This document shows positions 19,522 through 29,118 of a stretch of DNA of 64,000 nt, piece by piece. The notes under the pieces are model-generated. The model saw nothing but the letters and a program-made list of their open reading frames with translations, did no database searches and was not told the origin of the DNA. Origin of the DNA: a virus; IMG/VR virus record IMGVR_UViG_3300028840_006010; one strand, written 5' to 3'. Within the stretch, counting starts at the first letter, position 1. Each line of letters opens with the position of its first letter. The translations under genes and the position numbers were made by a program.

Positions 19522-19707
19522 ATGGATGATGTAAAAGAAGCTATTGATACAATGAAACGGCATTTAGCAAATCGACCTGATGAAAAGCTCATCAAAGGAT
19601 ATCAAAGAGCCATGAAGGATTATGAAGAAACTGGCGATGAAAAAATCAAATCAGCTGCCGATGCTATAAAGCAAGAAATCGACAAAAGAGGTTTATCCGT
19701 TGACTGA
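19522..19707 (+). CDS. hypothetical protein
   Basis: 61 aa; SD GGTGGTGAGG upstream. Confidence 0.4.
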   Translation: MDDVKEAIDTMKRHLANRPDEKLIKGYQRAMKDYEETGDEKIKSAADAIKQEIDKRGLSVD

Positions 19708-20335
19708 AGTACGAGAAATAGGAATCGAGAAAGAACTTTTCCTTATAGGAAAAGACCACATAAAAGAACCAAGAAGATATGGGTTTCCACGTGATGAGTT
19801 CGAGTTCCTGGTGGAAATCCGGTCTCTTCCTTCTGACCGTTTCTACCCGATTTACACAACATTGAAAGCAGAGGAACTACAATATTCATTACGTGCAAAT
19901 AAATTCCATATGGAGCTTGATGATTCGCCAAACAAATTAATCGACAAACCGTGGGTTGATGCACTATGGAAAAAACACAATCTTGACAGGTTCTCTGATT
20001 GTGATTATACACAAAATATATATCCAGAATTCAAGGATAAAGAATCATATCATTTTGGTCGATTTGATTTCTCGAAAGAATATTACAAACTAACAGCAGG
20101 AATGCATGTACATTTCAGTAGCCGTGATGCTGATACAGGCGAAGTTATCGAACTGCCTGTTGAAGATATTGTACGAAAAATGGATTTACGGTTCTACGAT
20201 GTGATTCTTGATTCAGGTAGGAACCGAGGTGAATGGGAACCAAAATCACACGGGTTTGAATATCGCTCACTTCCTGCCAATGCTGATGTGTATCGTGTAT
20301 TAAAAGAATCTTTTCACATATTAAGGGATGTATAA
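19700..20335 (+). CDS. truncated GCS2/YbdK-like carboxylate-amine ligase domain protein (211 aa)
   Basis: N-terminal IGIEKELFLI (GvEEEffLv-like) and GMHVHFS (G.HVH) motifs typical of glutamate-cysteine ligase family 2. Lacks the C-terminal half. Confidence 0.35.
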   Translation: MTEVREIGIEKELFLIGKDHIKEPRRYGFPRDEFEFLVEIRSLPSDRFYPIYTTLKAEELQYSLRANKFHMELDDSPNKLIDKPWVDALWKKHNLDRFSDCDYTQNIYPEFKDKESYHFGRFDFSKEYYKLTAGMHVHFSSRDADTGEVIELPVEDIVRKMDLRFYDVILDSGRNRGEWEPKSHGFEYRSLPANADVYRVLKESFHILRDV

Positions 20336-20676
20336 TGGATAAATCTGATGTGGTTGTTGTATTTGTAATATGCTTTTTTCTAATCATATTTGGAGTAATA
20401 ATATATTTCTTGTTATACACAACATCAGTAGCAACTGCTGAAGAAGAGCATTATATCATGGAAATATCAAACGACAGTATTTGGCTTGAAAATCACACGT
20501 TTTATATTTATGGTCCTGACAACGCACCAGTTGAAATTACATCAACATCAGAAACGTTAGATTTTACACAACAAAGCGTAGTGTATGTAAGGTTTTCAAG
20601 ATTTAAACCAACTTTTATTTATGGTGGTTCCGATTGGCGTTTTGATGGAATAGTAAAATTAGAAGGAGATGAATGA
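20335..20676 (+). CDS. membrane protein
   Basis: N-terminal TM helix; 113 aa. Confidence 0.45.
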   Translation: MDKSDVVVVFVICFFLIIFGVIIYFLLYTTSVATAEEEHYIMEISNDSIWLENHTFYIYGPDNAPVEITSTSETLDFTQQSVVYVRFSRFKPTFIYGGSDWRFDGIVKLEGDE

Positions 20677-20929
20677 AATGATATGCCCAGAATGTAATCA
20701 ATACTCGCTAGATTATGACAGCTACTTCAGAAGATTTGTATGTCGAAACAGGGAATGTAATGCTTCTGAATTAAGTTCTGAAAAGATAAAACAAATTGCT
20801 CGACAAGATGCTATCAAAGGCACATGTAATGTTTGTCAAGGAAATATTGTTAAATACCGCAACGATAATATATTACATTGTGAAACCTGCGGTTTGATGT
20901 ATTACAGGTTACCAGAGGTAAAAAAATGA
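20669..20929 (+). CDS. multi-zinc-ribbon protein
   Basis: CPEC...C..C...CNVC...CETC. Confidence 0.5.
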   Translation: MNEMICPECNQYSLDYDSYFRRFVCRNRECNASELSSEKIKQIARQDAIKGTCNVCQGNIVKYRNDNILHCETCGLMYYRLPEVKK

Positions 20930-21510
20930 TTTGTGTAGAAGGTGATTGTTCAACCTGTTGGTATCGACCATATTGCCAGCAGAAAGAACCAACACACGCA
21001 TTTACGAGATGGCACAATGCCGATATGTAATTCATGTGGTAATCCAATGATTGTTGATGTTCATGGATATTGGTTTTGTCCGGCATGTGATGTTGAATGG
21101 TGAAATGCAAAATTTGTAAGGAAGAAGCACCATTAGAAGATGGAATATGCTTTTGGTGTAAAGAACAAATTCAAGAAGACCTTGAGATGTTAAAAAATGA
21201 TTCGTACTGATGTGTTACGTTACACAGGTCTTATCAATAAAATTGATGATGTGTTACGCAATGAAAACATGGAATATTATCATCGTGTGATTGTTGCAAA
21301 GCAACTCATTGAGGATTTCAGGAAGAAGGTTTAAATGGTAATTATGGTAACTAAAATATCAATAGAGATAGGTGACCGCATCAAATGTCCTATTCATGGA
21401 ACTTTACAAAAAATCGTCAGCCTTGATGGTAGTAGTTGGGGAGGCGGTGGCAAAGATGTATATCTTCATTTAGCTTGCGGTCATCAAATCTATTTAACGG
21501 ATGGTAGCGT

Positions 21511-21801
21511 ATGAACGGAGAAACCTTCATCATTTATTTTTTTATAATATGGTTGCTAATAGGTTTCATAACATCAATTGTTTTAATTTACCTTCAAGGT
21601 TATTTACGTGTAAAAGATTTAGAGGCAATCTTTTATTTTACATTAATAGGACCATTCATGTTACTAATTTTAATATACATACGATATGAAGAAAGAATTA
21701 AAGAGAACGAAAAGAAATATGGTAAACTGAAAGACAGATATATATGGAGGAGTAAACGTGTACAACAATCCGATGATACCGTATTGCGAAAAACACCATA
21801 G
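21511..21801 (+). CDS. small membrane protein
   Basis: Two TM helices. Confidence 0.45.
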   Translation: MNGETFIIYFFIIWLLIGFITSIVLIYLQGYLRVKDLEAIFYFTLIGPFMLLILIYIRYEERIKENEKKYGKLKDRYIWRSKRVQQSDDTVLRKTP

Positions 21802-22075
21802 GCGAATGTCAGGAGATTGCATTATCGGATGGTATTGCCCTGATTGTCGAGATGAAAAATTAAAACATACAATGATTATCAATGAGCCATCATCAGAATT
21901 AATTGGCAGTCGATATGCATATTCACCTGGTACAAAAATAGAGTTATCAGATGATAAGTCGTTAGTTGAGATATCACATTTTTATCATGGAGGAGACATC
22001 ACTCAGGTAGTCGGATTTTCTACTGATGAAATTGATAATGTAATCACTTATCTAAAACAATTAAAGGAAATATAA
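21758..22075 (+). CDS. zinc-finger protein (CEKHH...C..C)
   Basis: 105-aa ORF. Confidence 0.45.
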   Translation: MYNNPMIPYCEKHHRRMSGDCIIGWYCPDCRDEKLKHTMIINEPSSELIGSRYAYSPGTKIELSDDKSLVEISHFYHGGDITQVVGFSTDEIDNVITYLKQLKEI

Positions 22076-22374
22076 TGGAAGTCTTAATTAAAAAATTATC
22101 ATTTATCAACCGATGGTATCTTACATGCCTTGCCATGTTTTTCTTAGCGTGTTATTGTTCTTTTAAAAATATAACTTTTCTTTATGAAATATATATTGAA
22201 GCGGACATTTCTGCATATACATTTTTTATGTTATTATTTTCTAAATGGTTTTATTTATGGTATCCTAGTTTCGGATTAGCATTACTTTCCTTAGTCAATC
22301 TTATATTAGTAATGAAATTTGGTAGCTTGCGAGAAGCATTAAAACAAATCAAGGAAGAAATCGAAAATGTATGA
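22075..22374 (+). CDS. membrane protein
   Basis: 99 aa, multiple TM helices. Confidence 0.4.
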   Translation: MEVLIKKLSFINRWYLTCLAMFFLACYCSFKNITFLYEIYIEADISAYTFFMLLFSKWFYLWYPSFGLALLSLVNLILVMKFGSLREALKQIKEEIENV

Positions 22375-23047
22375 ACGCATCACTGGATTAATTGATTGGC
22401 GTTTCTTTCTGTATCCAACCATTATATTTATAATCTTATCAATAATAAGTTATTTGGGATTTATATGAAGTTGGAATGTATCATTTGCGGAGGTCCTATT
22501 ACTATTCATGATGATATATATGATGGTAAATGTGCCAAATGCAGGAATACAAAACGCACTGTTAAGTATCAACGATTGAAATTAAAACGTATCAGAAACA
22601 AACGTGACCTGCCCGAGAAACCATTACCTGTTAAATCATTTGTATTAAACAAACAATCATTTCAACTGTTGGTTGGATTAGATGATAGAATATATATCAA
22701 GAATCAGGATAATGATAAATTCTATGAATTGGTAAATGAAGTGTTAGAATGAAACGGTGATGAAATGGAAGATAAACAATCAAGATTAGCTGATGAATGG
22801 TGGAATCAATTATCACCAGAAGATAAAAAGAAGATATATTGGAATTATAGGAAAATCCTTGAATAGAATAAAACCGAGATGTTTGAAATGATGTTTCGTA
22901 AACTAGATTACAAAATCGGCAAATGCAAATCATGTAAGGCGAAGAATGTTCCTTTGATTTTTGGAATATGTCAAGAATGCCGTAAACATACCTTTCAACA
23001 AGCAAATCGAGAAGCAAGAAAACATAACAGGTTTATAGGTTGATGAA

Positions 23048-23434
23048 ATGACGGAAATAGATATAGAAAAACTTGTAGAAAGTATGTTTAAAGACTATAA
23101 AATACCATCAAATGAAGAAATCAAAAAACGTTGGTGTGAAGTAAACTTAAAAAGTCCTAACCCGAGAACATGTAAAGTATGTGGTTCAAAATATATGTAT
23201 TTCGATTCAATGGCAGGTCCAATTGTCGGTGGTGTAGGTACATGGAAACATCCTCCTAACGCTCATAATGTTGGTTCTTGGGTTTGTTTAGATTGTCAAA
23301 TCAAATCATCTCAAAAGGCATATAAAAGAAAAGAGGAACAACGGAAGAAAGAAGCACCACAACGAATCGAAGAAAAGAAACAAAAAATAAAAAAACTACA
23401 ACAGGAAATTGAAGAATTAGAAAAGTTGATTTAA
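23048..23434 (+). CDS. zinc-ribbon protein with coiled-coil tail
   Basis: CKVCG...CLDC; Lys/Glu-rich C-terminus. Confidence 0.5.
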   Translation: MTEIDIEKLVESMFKDYKIPSNEEIKKRWCEVNLKSPNPRTCKVCGSKYMYFDSMAGPIVGGVGTWKHPPNAHNVGSWVCLDCQIKSSQKAYKRKEEQRKKEAPQRIEEKKQKIKKLQQEIEELEKLI

Positions 23435-23920
23435 ATGCCAGCATGTAATTATTGTGAACTAAAACGAATCAAAAAAGAAGCTGAAAAAAGTCATTCTCAT
23501 GTATATGTAAGGAAAAGCGAGGATACTGGTTTGGATGTTTTTGTTGTGCCTGAAGGTGAACAATTAGATTCAAATCCTAATGGTAAACATTGCGTTGCTT
23601 GGTTAATGGAATTACCGAAGGAGTGTTGTTGTTAAATGGTACATTATTTATGCTCGCAATGCCAAGAAATATTCGATGAAGATGACATTGTTATTGTAAC
23701 AAGAATTCATAATCCTGTAGCATATTGTTTGAAATGCTACGCAATAAAGAAGGAGAAATAACTTGAAATATAAATGCGGACATGAAAGCGAACCTGTATT
23801 CCTTTCAGGAAAAACAATTATGTTATCATATCCTGCTTATTTAGTGTGGAAAGAATCAACTGGATATGAAGGTGACAAATCACAATGTTGGGCTTGTTTT
23901 TGTAAAGAGATGAATGGAAA

Positions 23921-24232
23921 ATGGAAGAAGAAACAAGAAAAACAATAAAAGAGCAATTCGATAAATTATTGGAATATCAAAAACAATATGTTCAAGATTT
24001 GAAGAAAATGCCATTCGGTGCTGTAAAAGAAATCGTTATTAATGATTACCAAAGCCATCACATTAAAAGAATCGATGAGCATACATGGGAATACGTTTGT
24101 ACATGTTGTAATGGCAGGAGATTGGCAATAGGAGGGCAAGGTGGAGTATTCGATAGCGGTACGCATGAAAAGCCGTGTGCTGTTTGTGGAAAAATGTTTT
24201 GTTATTGTTTGGGTGATAAAAATGGAAAATGA
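23921..24232 (+). CDS. zinc-finger protein
   Basis: CTCCNG...CAVCGKMFCYC. Confidence 0.45.
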   Translation: MEEETRKTIKEQFDKLLEYQKQYVQDLKKMPFGAVKEIVINDYQSHHIKRIDEHTWEYVCTCCNGRRLAIGGQGGVFDSGTHEKPCAVCGKMFCYCLGDKNGK

Positions 24233-24889
24233 AGACTGGTTAAAACTGTTCGTTTTTGTATCGTTTTTTGCTATCTTCTTTATATTTATTTCATCACCAA
24301 TTTTTGGACGGGAAGAACTAACGATACAAGGCAATGTTGAAAAGATAATTCCGATTGGTAATAAAGAATATCAATTGCAGATGGATAACGGTGCTTATTA
24401 CAAAGTCTATTTCGATTTGGATAATGTTAATCTAAAAAATCAATCAAGTCTCATTATAACAATGAGAAAAATTAATTGGTTTTTTATTCCCAGAGAAACG
24501 TGGGACATTCAACAAATTATTACAGTCGATGAAAATCAAATAGAGGTTTAAATATGGAACAAATAAATTATGAATCAATCTCCTCATTCACTGATGGAAA
24601 AACACTATTAGAAATAGGAATTGACAAAGATATCAATTCTGTTGTTATAAAACTAACACATGACCGAACTACTAACATTTTTCCTTTTGATAGTAGTGAT
24701 GATACCAATATATTTATTGAAGAAATCAAAAAAGCCAAAGCGGTATTGAAATGGGAATGATAGAATCAAAAAAAGAATTAAGGGATTTTCTTAATAACCT
24801 ACAACAAAAACACCATCTAACATATACTCATATGTATCATATAGTTGAAGATGAATATGCAAGATATGGCGTGAAAATGTGTAAGGAAG

Positions 24890-25081
24890 ATGGCTTATAA
24901 TAAAAAATATAAATTCTATAGGAAATGCTACGTTTGTGGCAAACCTGCTTCAGGTCAATTATGTCGTGAATGCTTTCGTAAAGGTAGAAGAGGAAGAAGG
25001 AAACATAGAGGAATGAAAGATGAAAGATTTACCAAAAAGCTACGAGATGATGACGATTTGTCTCAACTGCAACAACCTTGA
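24890..25081 (+). CDS. zinc-ribbon basic protein
   Basis: CYVCG...CREC followed by RRGRRKHRG. Confidence 0.45.
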   Translation: MAYNKKYKFYRKCYVCGKPASGQLCRECFRKGRRGRRKHRGMKDERFTKKLRDDDDLSQLQQP

Positions 25082-25337
25082 TTCATGGACAGTTCCTTAT
25101 GGCGTTGATGCATCAGGTCAAGACGCTGTGTGGCTTTATAATGAAAAAAGAGAACAATATTACAACCTTAAAGAAAACAAATATCAAGATACTGCTTCAT
25201 ATCCAACATGTACCAAATGCGGTTCAGTTCATTTAAGAAAACAATACACCATCAAAGATAAATTGGATGAAATCGAAAACAAGCTAAATGAAATCGAATC
25301 AATGTTAGCAGATGTTAAAAAGGATGTGATTAACTGA
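25020..25337 (+). CDS. zinc-ribbon protein with C-terminal coiled coil
   Basis: CLNC...CTKCG. Confidence 0.45.
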   Translation: MKDLPKSYEMMTICLNCNNLDSWTVPYGVDASGQDAVWLYNEKREQYYNLKENKYQDTASYPTCTKCGSVHLRKQYTIKDKLDEIENKLNEIESMLADVKKDVIN

Positions 25338-25671
25338 AAAAATATTTTTGTGATTACTGCGATAAAGAGATTGACGGGCAAAAATATGGAGACCCTGATT
25401 CTAATTTCCCTTCACTTTTCGATGTTTGCGAAACGTGTTATAATCGCATAAAAAAAGAAAAGGCAGAACGAGAAAAAGAAAATCCAATCAATGAGTTATA
25501 TCTCGATGAATTCATCGCATCACTTTGTAATAAAATTATGATGTGTAAGGAAGAAAGAGCTATAGTAGATATAATTGATAAAGCAAAAGAGACCATATAT
25601 GATAAACATACAAAATTTATTTATGAAGAAAGACCATCTCGGAGATTGAATAATCCGATATAGGTGATGAT

Positions 25672-25845
25672 ATGGGAACGAAAAATTGGACACCATTAAT
25701 GAATAAGGTATATTTGATTTGTTTCGGGGGTCCTCATAATGTAGATGAGATTGCGGAACAAACAGGTGAATCCGTAGAAGCAGTTGAGGAAGCGATTAAA
25801 CAATTAAAAAAGGAAGACGCTATTGATTTAACAGAGGTAAAATAA
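25672..25845 (+). CDS. 57-aa putative winged-helix DNA-binding protein, below the ORF-track cutoff
   Basis: ATG 25672 to TAA 25843-25845. ICFGGPHNVDEIAEQTGESVEAVEEAIKQL resembles small archaeal wHTH regulators. Confidence 0.4.
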   Translation: MGTKNWTPLMNKVYLICFGGPHNVDEIAEQTGESVEAVEEAIKQLKKEDAIDLTEVK

Positions 25846-26309
25846 TGCCTACAATATTAGTGAATGATTTATATGATTGTATAGTAAAGGACGGCTTTTA
25901 TCGTATAAAGAAAAATAAAAGTTCATCATATGAAACCGTACCTAATGAAGATATTAACGATGTAGTCAATGCAATCTTATATGTTATCAGAAATCCTGAA
26001 CCATTAAAAGATAAAAATAATGTCTCAAACTTTACGTTTATACCGGCACGAGCACTCTTTAATGCTTTGTTCCATGTATCAGAAACGTTTCGTGAACGGC
26101 AAGAGATATGGCTACAAAAGAATAAGGTTGGTCGTAATACAGGCGATTATACAAAATTCTATTATAACGCTTTACATGTTTTGAATCATGAGAACAAATT
26201 GAAATATTACAAAAAAGGTGTAATATCAGATTTTGAACCATTGTTAACAGCAAAAGAATTAAAAGTATATAAAAAAATAAAAAAACCAACATTAGATGAT
26301 TACGTTTAA
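25845..26309 (+). CDS. hypothetical protein
   Basis: 154 aa, ATGA-type overlap with the previous ORF. Confidence 0.55.
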   Translation: MPTILVNDLYDCIVKDGFYRIKKNKSSSYETVPNEDINDVVNAILYVIRNPEPLKDKNNVSNFTFIPARALFNALFHVSETFRERQEIWLQKNKVGRNTGDYTKFYYNALHVLNHENKLKYYKKGVISDFEPLLTAKELKVYKKIKKPTLDDYV

Positions 26310-26357
26310 TAATTGAAAAAATCACAAACATTATTAACCCGCTTTTTATTTCTTTAA

Positions 26358-26687
26358 CAAATTATTTATGGTGAGGAAATACTTCAAAAAGGCTCGAGAG
26401 TTGGTGCAATACTAGGCGTCAATAACGATATCGTAGATTTTCTTGGATTTGGTGTATATGTAGGTGATGAGATTCCTTATGAAGCGGTAGGATTCATTGC
26501 ACAAACACTCAAAAAAACAAAAACAAAAAATCCTAAATTACAACTTGATTCTGGAAAAGTTGTATACGGTTGTGAATGTTGGTGGGGCGGAGAAAGAGTA
26601 TTGAAAGAACAACTGGAAAGATATAAAGGAATCAATTACGTGGACATTGATGAATATCGAAAAAAAATTATTGACGGTCAAGGTTGA
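26358..26687 (+). CDS. hypothetical ~109-aa ORF with CxxC motif (VYGCECWWGG). No ATG/GTG/TTG start; in-frame ATA 4 nt after SD GGTGAGG.
   Basis: Frame open 26358-26684, stop TGA 26685-26687. SD GGTGAGGAA at 26370-26378. Not in the ORF track because it lacks a canonical start. Confidence 0.3.
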   Translation, partial: QIIYGEEILQKGSRVGAILGVNNDIVDFLGFGVYVGDEIPYEAVGFIAQTLKKTKTKNPKLQLDSGKVVYGCECWWGGERVLKEQLERYKGINYVDIDEYRKKIIDGQG

Positions 26688-29118
26688 CCGTTACAACTTT
26701 TCGTGATGGCACTTCAATTTTAAATTGTTTTAGAGAGTTAGGTTCGGATTCATCCAAGTAATTATCAATCGAATCAATTTTGCCTACCTTAATGGTATAT
26801 TTACCTGCTGGTAAAACGTAATCATTTGGATTTCCTGTTACCACTTTTTTGTTGTTTTCATTATAGATAGAAATATTATAATTAATTGATGATAACAACC
26901 GAAGGGTTCCGTATCCTCTCCATTGTAACCATTCTAAGTCATCGAAATCTGCCGTTTTAATATAATTACGCCAATGTTCACGACCTTCTTCCGTATCACG
27001 TTCTCGTATAGCCTGTCTTACTCTTTCATCCGAGTCATTTGTTAATACATTGATTATTCGGGGGTCCAGGTTAGGTGAAATAGCTGTACATATACGTTCC
27101 ACAATATTTCCTTTTGCTAAACGTTCAGCGTATGTATAAGGTATTTTTTGATACATCATAACATATACACGTTCAGCCATAATCGGTGATTTTAGGAACT
27201 TGCCAATCATCTGTTGTGATAAATATTTGTTTGGTATATAATTTTGGTATATTGCCATTTTAGTTTCACTTTTTTGTCCTGATAATAATTGTTTTAATTG
27301 TGATTCGCTTATTTTATAATACCGTAGGAAGAACGGGTCTGTGTATTTATCCCAATACGCTTTTAATATACTAAATGGAATTGGTATAGTACGCCGATTG
27401 ATTATTTTTCTTAATAATTCATCTTCATCAGAATTTTTTATGCGATTCAATAATTTTCGTTGTATTCTTTTCCATGTTTCTGCTCGTACACCTTGAGGTA
27501 CCTTTTCTAAAACATCAATATATCTTTCATGATAATTATGGTCCACCGGCCATATTTCTAATAATCGCTCTGGGTCCAAATTACTAAGATGTAACAGACT
27601 CGCTGGGTTTTCTTTTTTAATCATGTCGTACATTTCTGGTGTCATTTGTAGATGCTTGTTTTCTTTATCTTCAATTCTTTTTATAATCTTGTCACAAAGT
27701 GTTCTATCACCAGTTTTTCGACATAGATGCATCAATTGTGGAATAGTCAAATCATCACGTGATTTTAAATTTGACAAAACACTCGAATCAGCTTTTTTAT
27801 CATATATCAATCGTTGTACTAACCGGTTTGGAATCTTATCCTGTTGTTTGGACAAAGTTAAACGATAATCTTTAGGTGTAACACTTTTTAATTCTGGTGT
27901 ATAGCTGAAAGTCTTGCTACCTATTTGATAAGGAGTGGTAAGATTGTGTGTAGCATAACCTTTACTTTGCAAATACGATTTTACTATATTATGTGTCACT
28001 CCTCCTAATGAGGTAGGATATATTTCTGGATTCAACCCTATATTAGGGGTTCCAGCGCGTGTTTCTCCCCACCGTAAGAAAATACGACCAGATGGTGTAT
28101 CTTTACCTGGTATCTTATCATCAAGATAAATCCAAGCAATAGCGTTTTTATTTGCAACATCATCCCATACATAATGCTGTTGAGCACCAGGACTTTGTAA
28201 TTTACCTGCTGATTCATTCCAACTTGTTGAAAATGTTTGACAACTGTTCCATGGAACATTTGTTGATTTTCTCATTACATCTGTAGGATAATCTGATATT
28301 AATATTCGGACCTTTTCTGGATTTGGATTAAAAAGTGTAGTTAATTCACGAATATGAGGTGGAGGTTTATTAAATAATTTTAATATATTTTTATGTTTTG
28401 TAACGACATATCGCGGTGGTTGACCTGGTTTTTCAAGTACCATTTCTACATCAACCATCATTGGTTCTTTTGGATAATTGAAATGAATAAGATATTCTGG
28501 TTTCGCTTGACGTAGTTCATCTTTAAGATAATTTTGTATTAAAGCGGCAAGCTCATTTTTTGCAGTGGTATCAAATTTTGCCGGATTAATAGTATGAACA
28601 CCAACAATTTTGGCGAAAGGAGTTTCTTGCACACGTTTTCTACGTAACAATGCATCCGCAAGTCTGTCAGAATAATATTTTTCTACAGTACCCCCTGATT
28701 TAAAATGGTCAGGCATTTGTCTTTCTGCTTCAGCAAATACAGTACCCATCGTATCAAATTTTGGAAACGTTTTTCGGAAAGCTGAAACACGAGCAAATGA
28801 ATGAACCGGTTCATCCTTATATTCTTCAGGTACTTTATGTCTGAGTGGGTCAAAAGGTCGACAATCAAACATGTTGATATGTTTATCCCTATCCCAATTA
28901 CCAAACGGTGATAATGCTAATCCATATCGTTGTCGTGCTTGTGGATATGAAAGGTTTTTGTTTGGTTGTTTTGGTAAAGGGGTCAAAGGACGAAACGCTG
29001 GTCGTATTTTAACAGGTTGTGTATTGAACATAGGTCTTGATTTTCTTCTTACGGGTTGTACACCCCAATAATTTTCCATATTATACCCTCCATACTTTGA
29101 CGCCGCCAGGCGCCTCAT
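26668..29118 (-). CDS. large hypothetical protein (816 aa) with LRV/HEAT-like repeats near the C-terminus (VLTNDSDERVRQAIRE)
   Basis: Long uninterrupted ORF on the minus strand. No catalytic motifs recognised. Confidence 0.75.
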   Translation of the reverse strand: MRRLAASKYGGYNMENYWGVQPVRRKSRPMFNTQPVKIRPAFRPLTPLPKQPNKNLSYPQARQRYGLALSPFGNWDRDKHINMFDCRPFDPLRHKVPEEYKDEPVHSFARVSAFRKTFPKFDTMGTVFAEAERQMPDHFKSGGTVEKYYSDRLADALLRRKRVQETPFAKIVGVHTINPAKFDTTAKNELAALIQNYLKDELRQAKPEYLIHFNYPKEPMMVDVEMVLEKPGQPPRYVVTKHKNILKLFNKPPPHIRELTTLFNPNPEKVRILISDYPTDVMRKSTNVPWNSCQTFSTSWNESAGKLQSPGAQQHYVWDDVANKNAIAWIYLDDKIPGKDTPSGRIFLRWGETRAGTPNIGLNPEIYPTSLGGVTHNIVKSYLQSKGYATHNLTTPYQIGSKTFSYTPELKSVTPKDYRLTLSKQQDKIPNRLVQRLIYDKKADSSVLSNLKSRDDLTIPQLMHLCRKTGDRTLCDKIIKRIEDKENKHLQMTPEMYDMIKKENPASLLHLSNLDPERLLEIWPVDHNYHERYIDVLEKVPQGVRAETWKRIQRKLLNRIKNSDEDELLRKIINRRTIPIPFSILKAYWDKYTDPFFLRYYKISESQLKQLLSGQKSETKMAIYQNYIPNKYLSQQMIGKFLKSPIMAERVYVMMYQKIPYTYAERLAKGNIVERICTAISPNLDPRIINVLTNDSDERVRQAIRERDTEEGREHWRNYIKTADFDDLEWLQWRGYGTLRLLSSINYNISIYNENNKKVVTGNPNDYVLPAGKYTIKVGKIDSIDNYLDESEPNSLKQFKIEVPSRKVVTVNLDRQ
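26674..26691 (-). terminator. perfect 8-bp stem hairpin (ACGGTCAA-GG-TTGACCGT) at the convergence point. A T8 run follows it on the minus strand (26660-26667).
   Basis: Read directly. Overlaps the stop of the + ORF (26685-26687) and precedes the stop (26668-26670) and U-run of the minus-strand gene. Confidence 0.55.
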
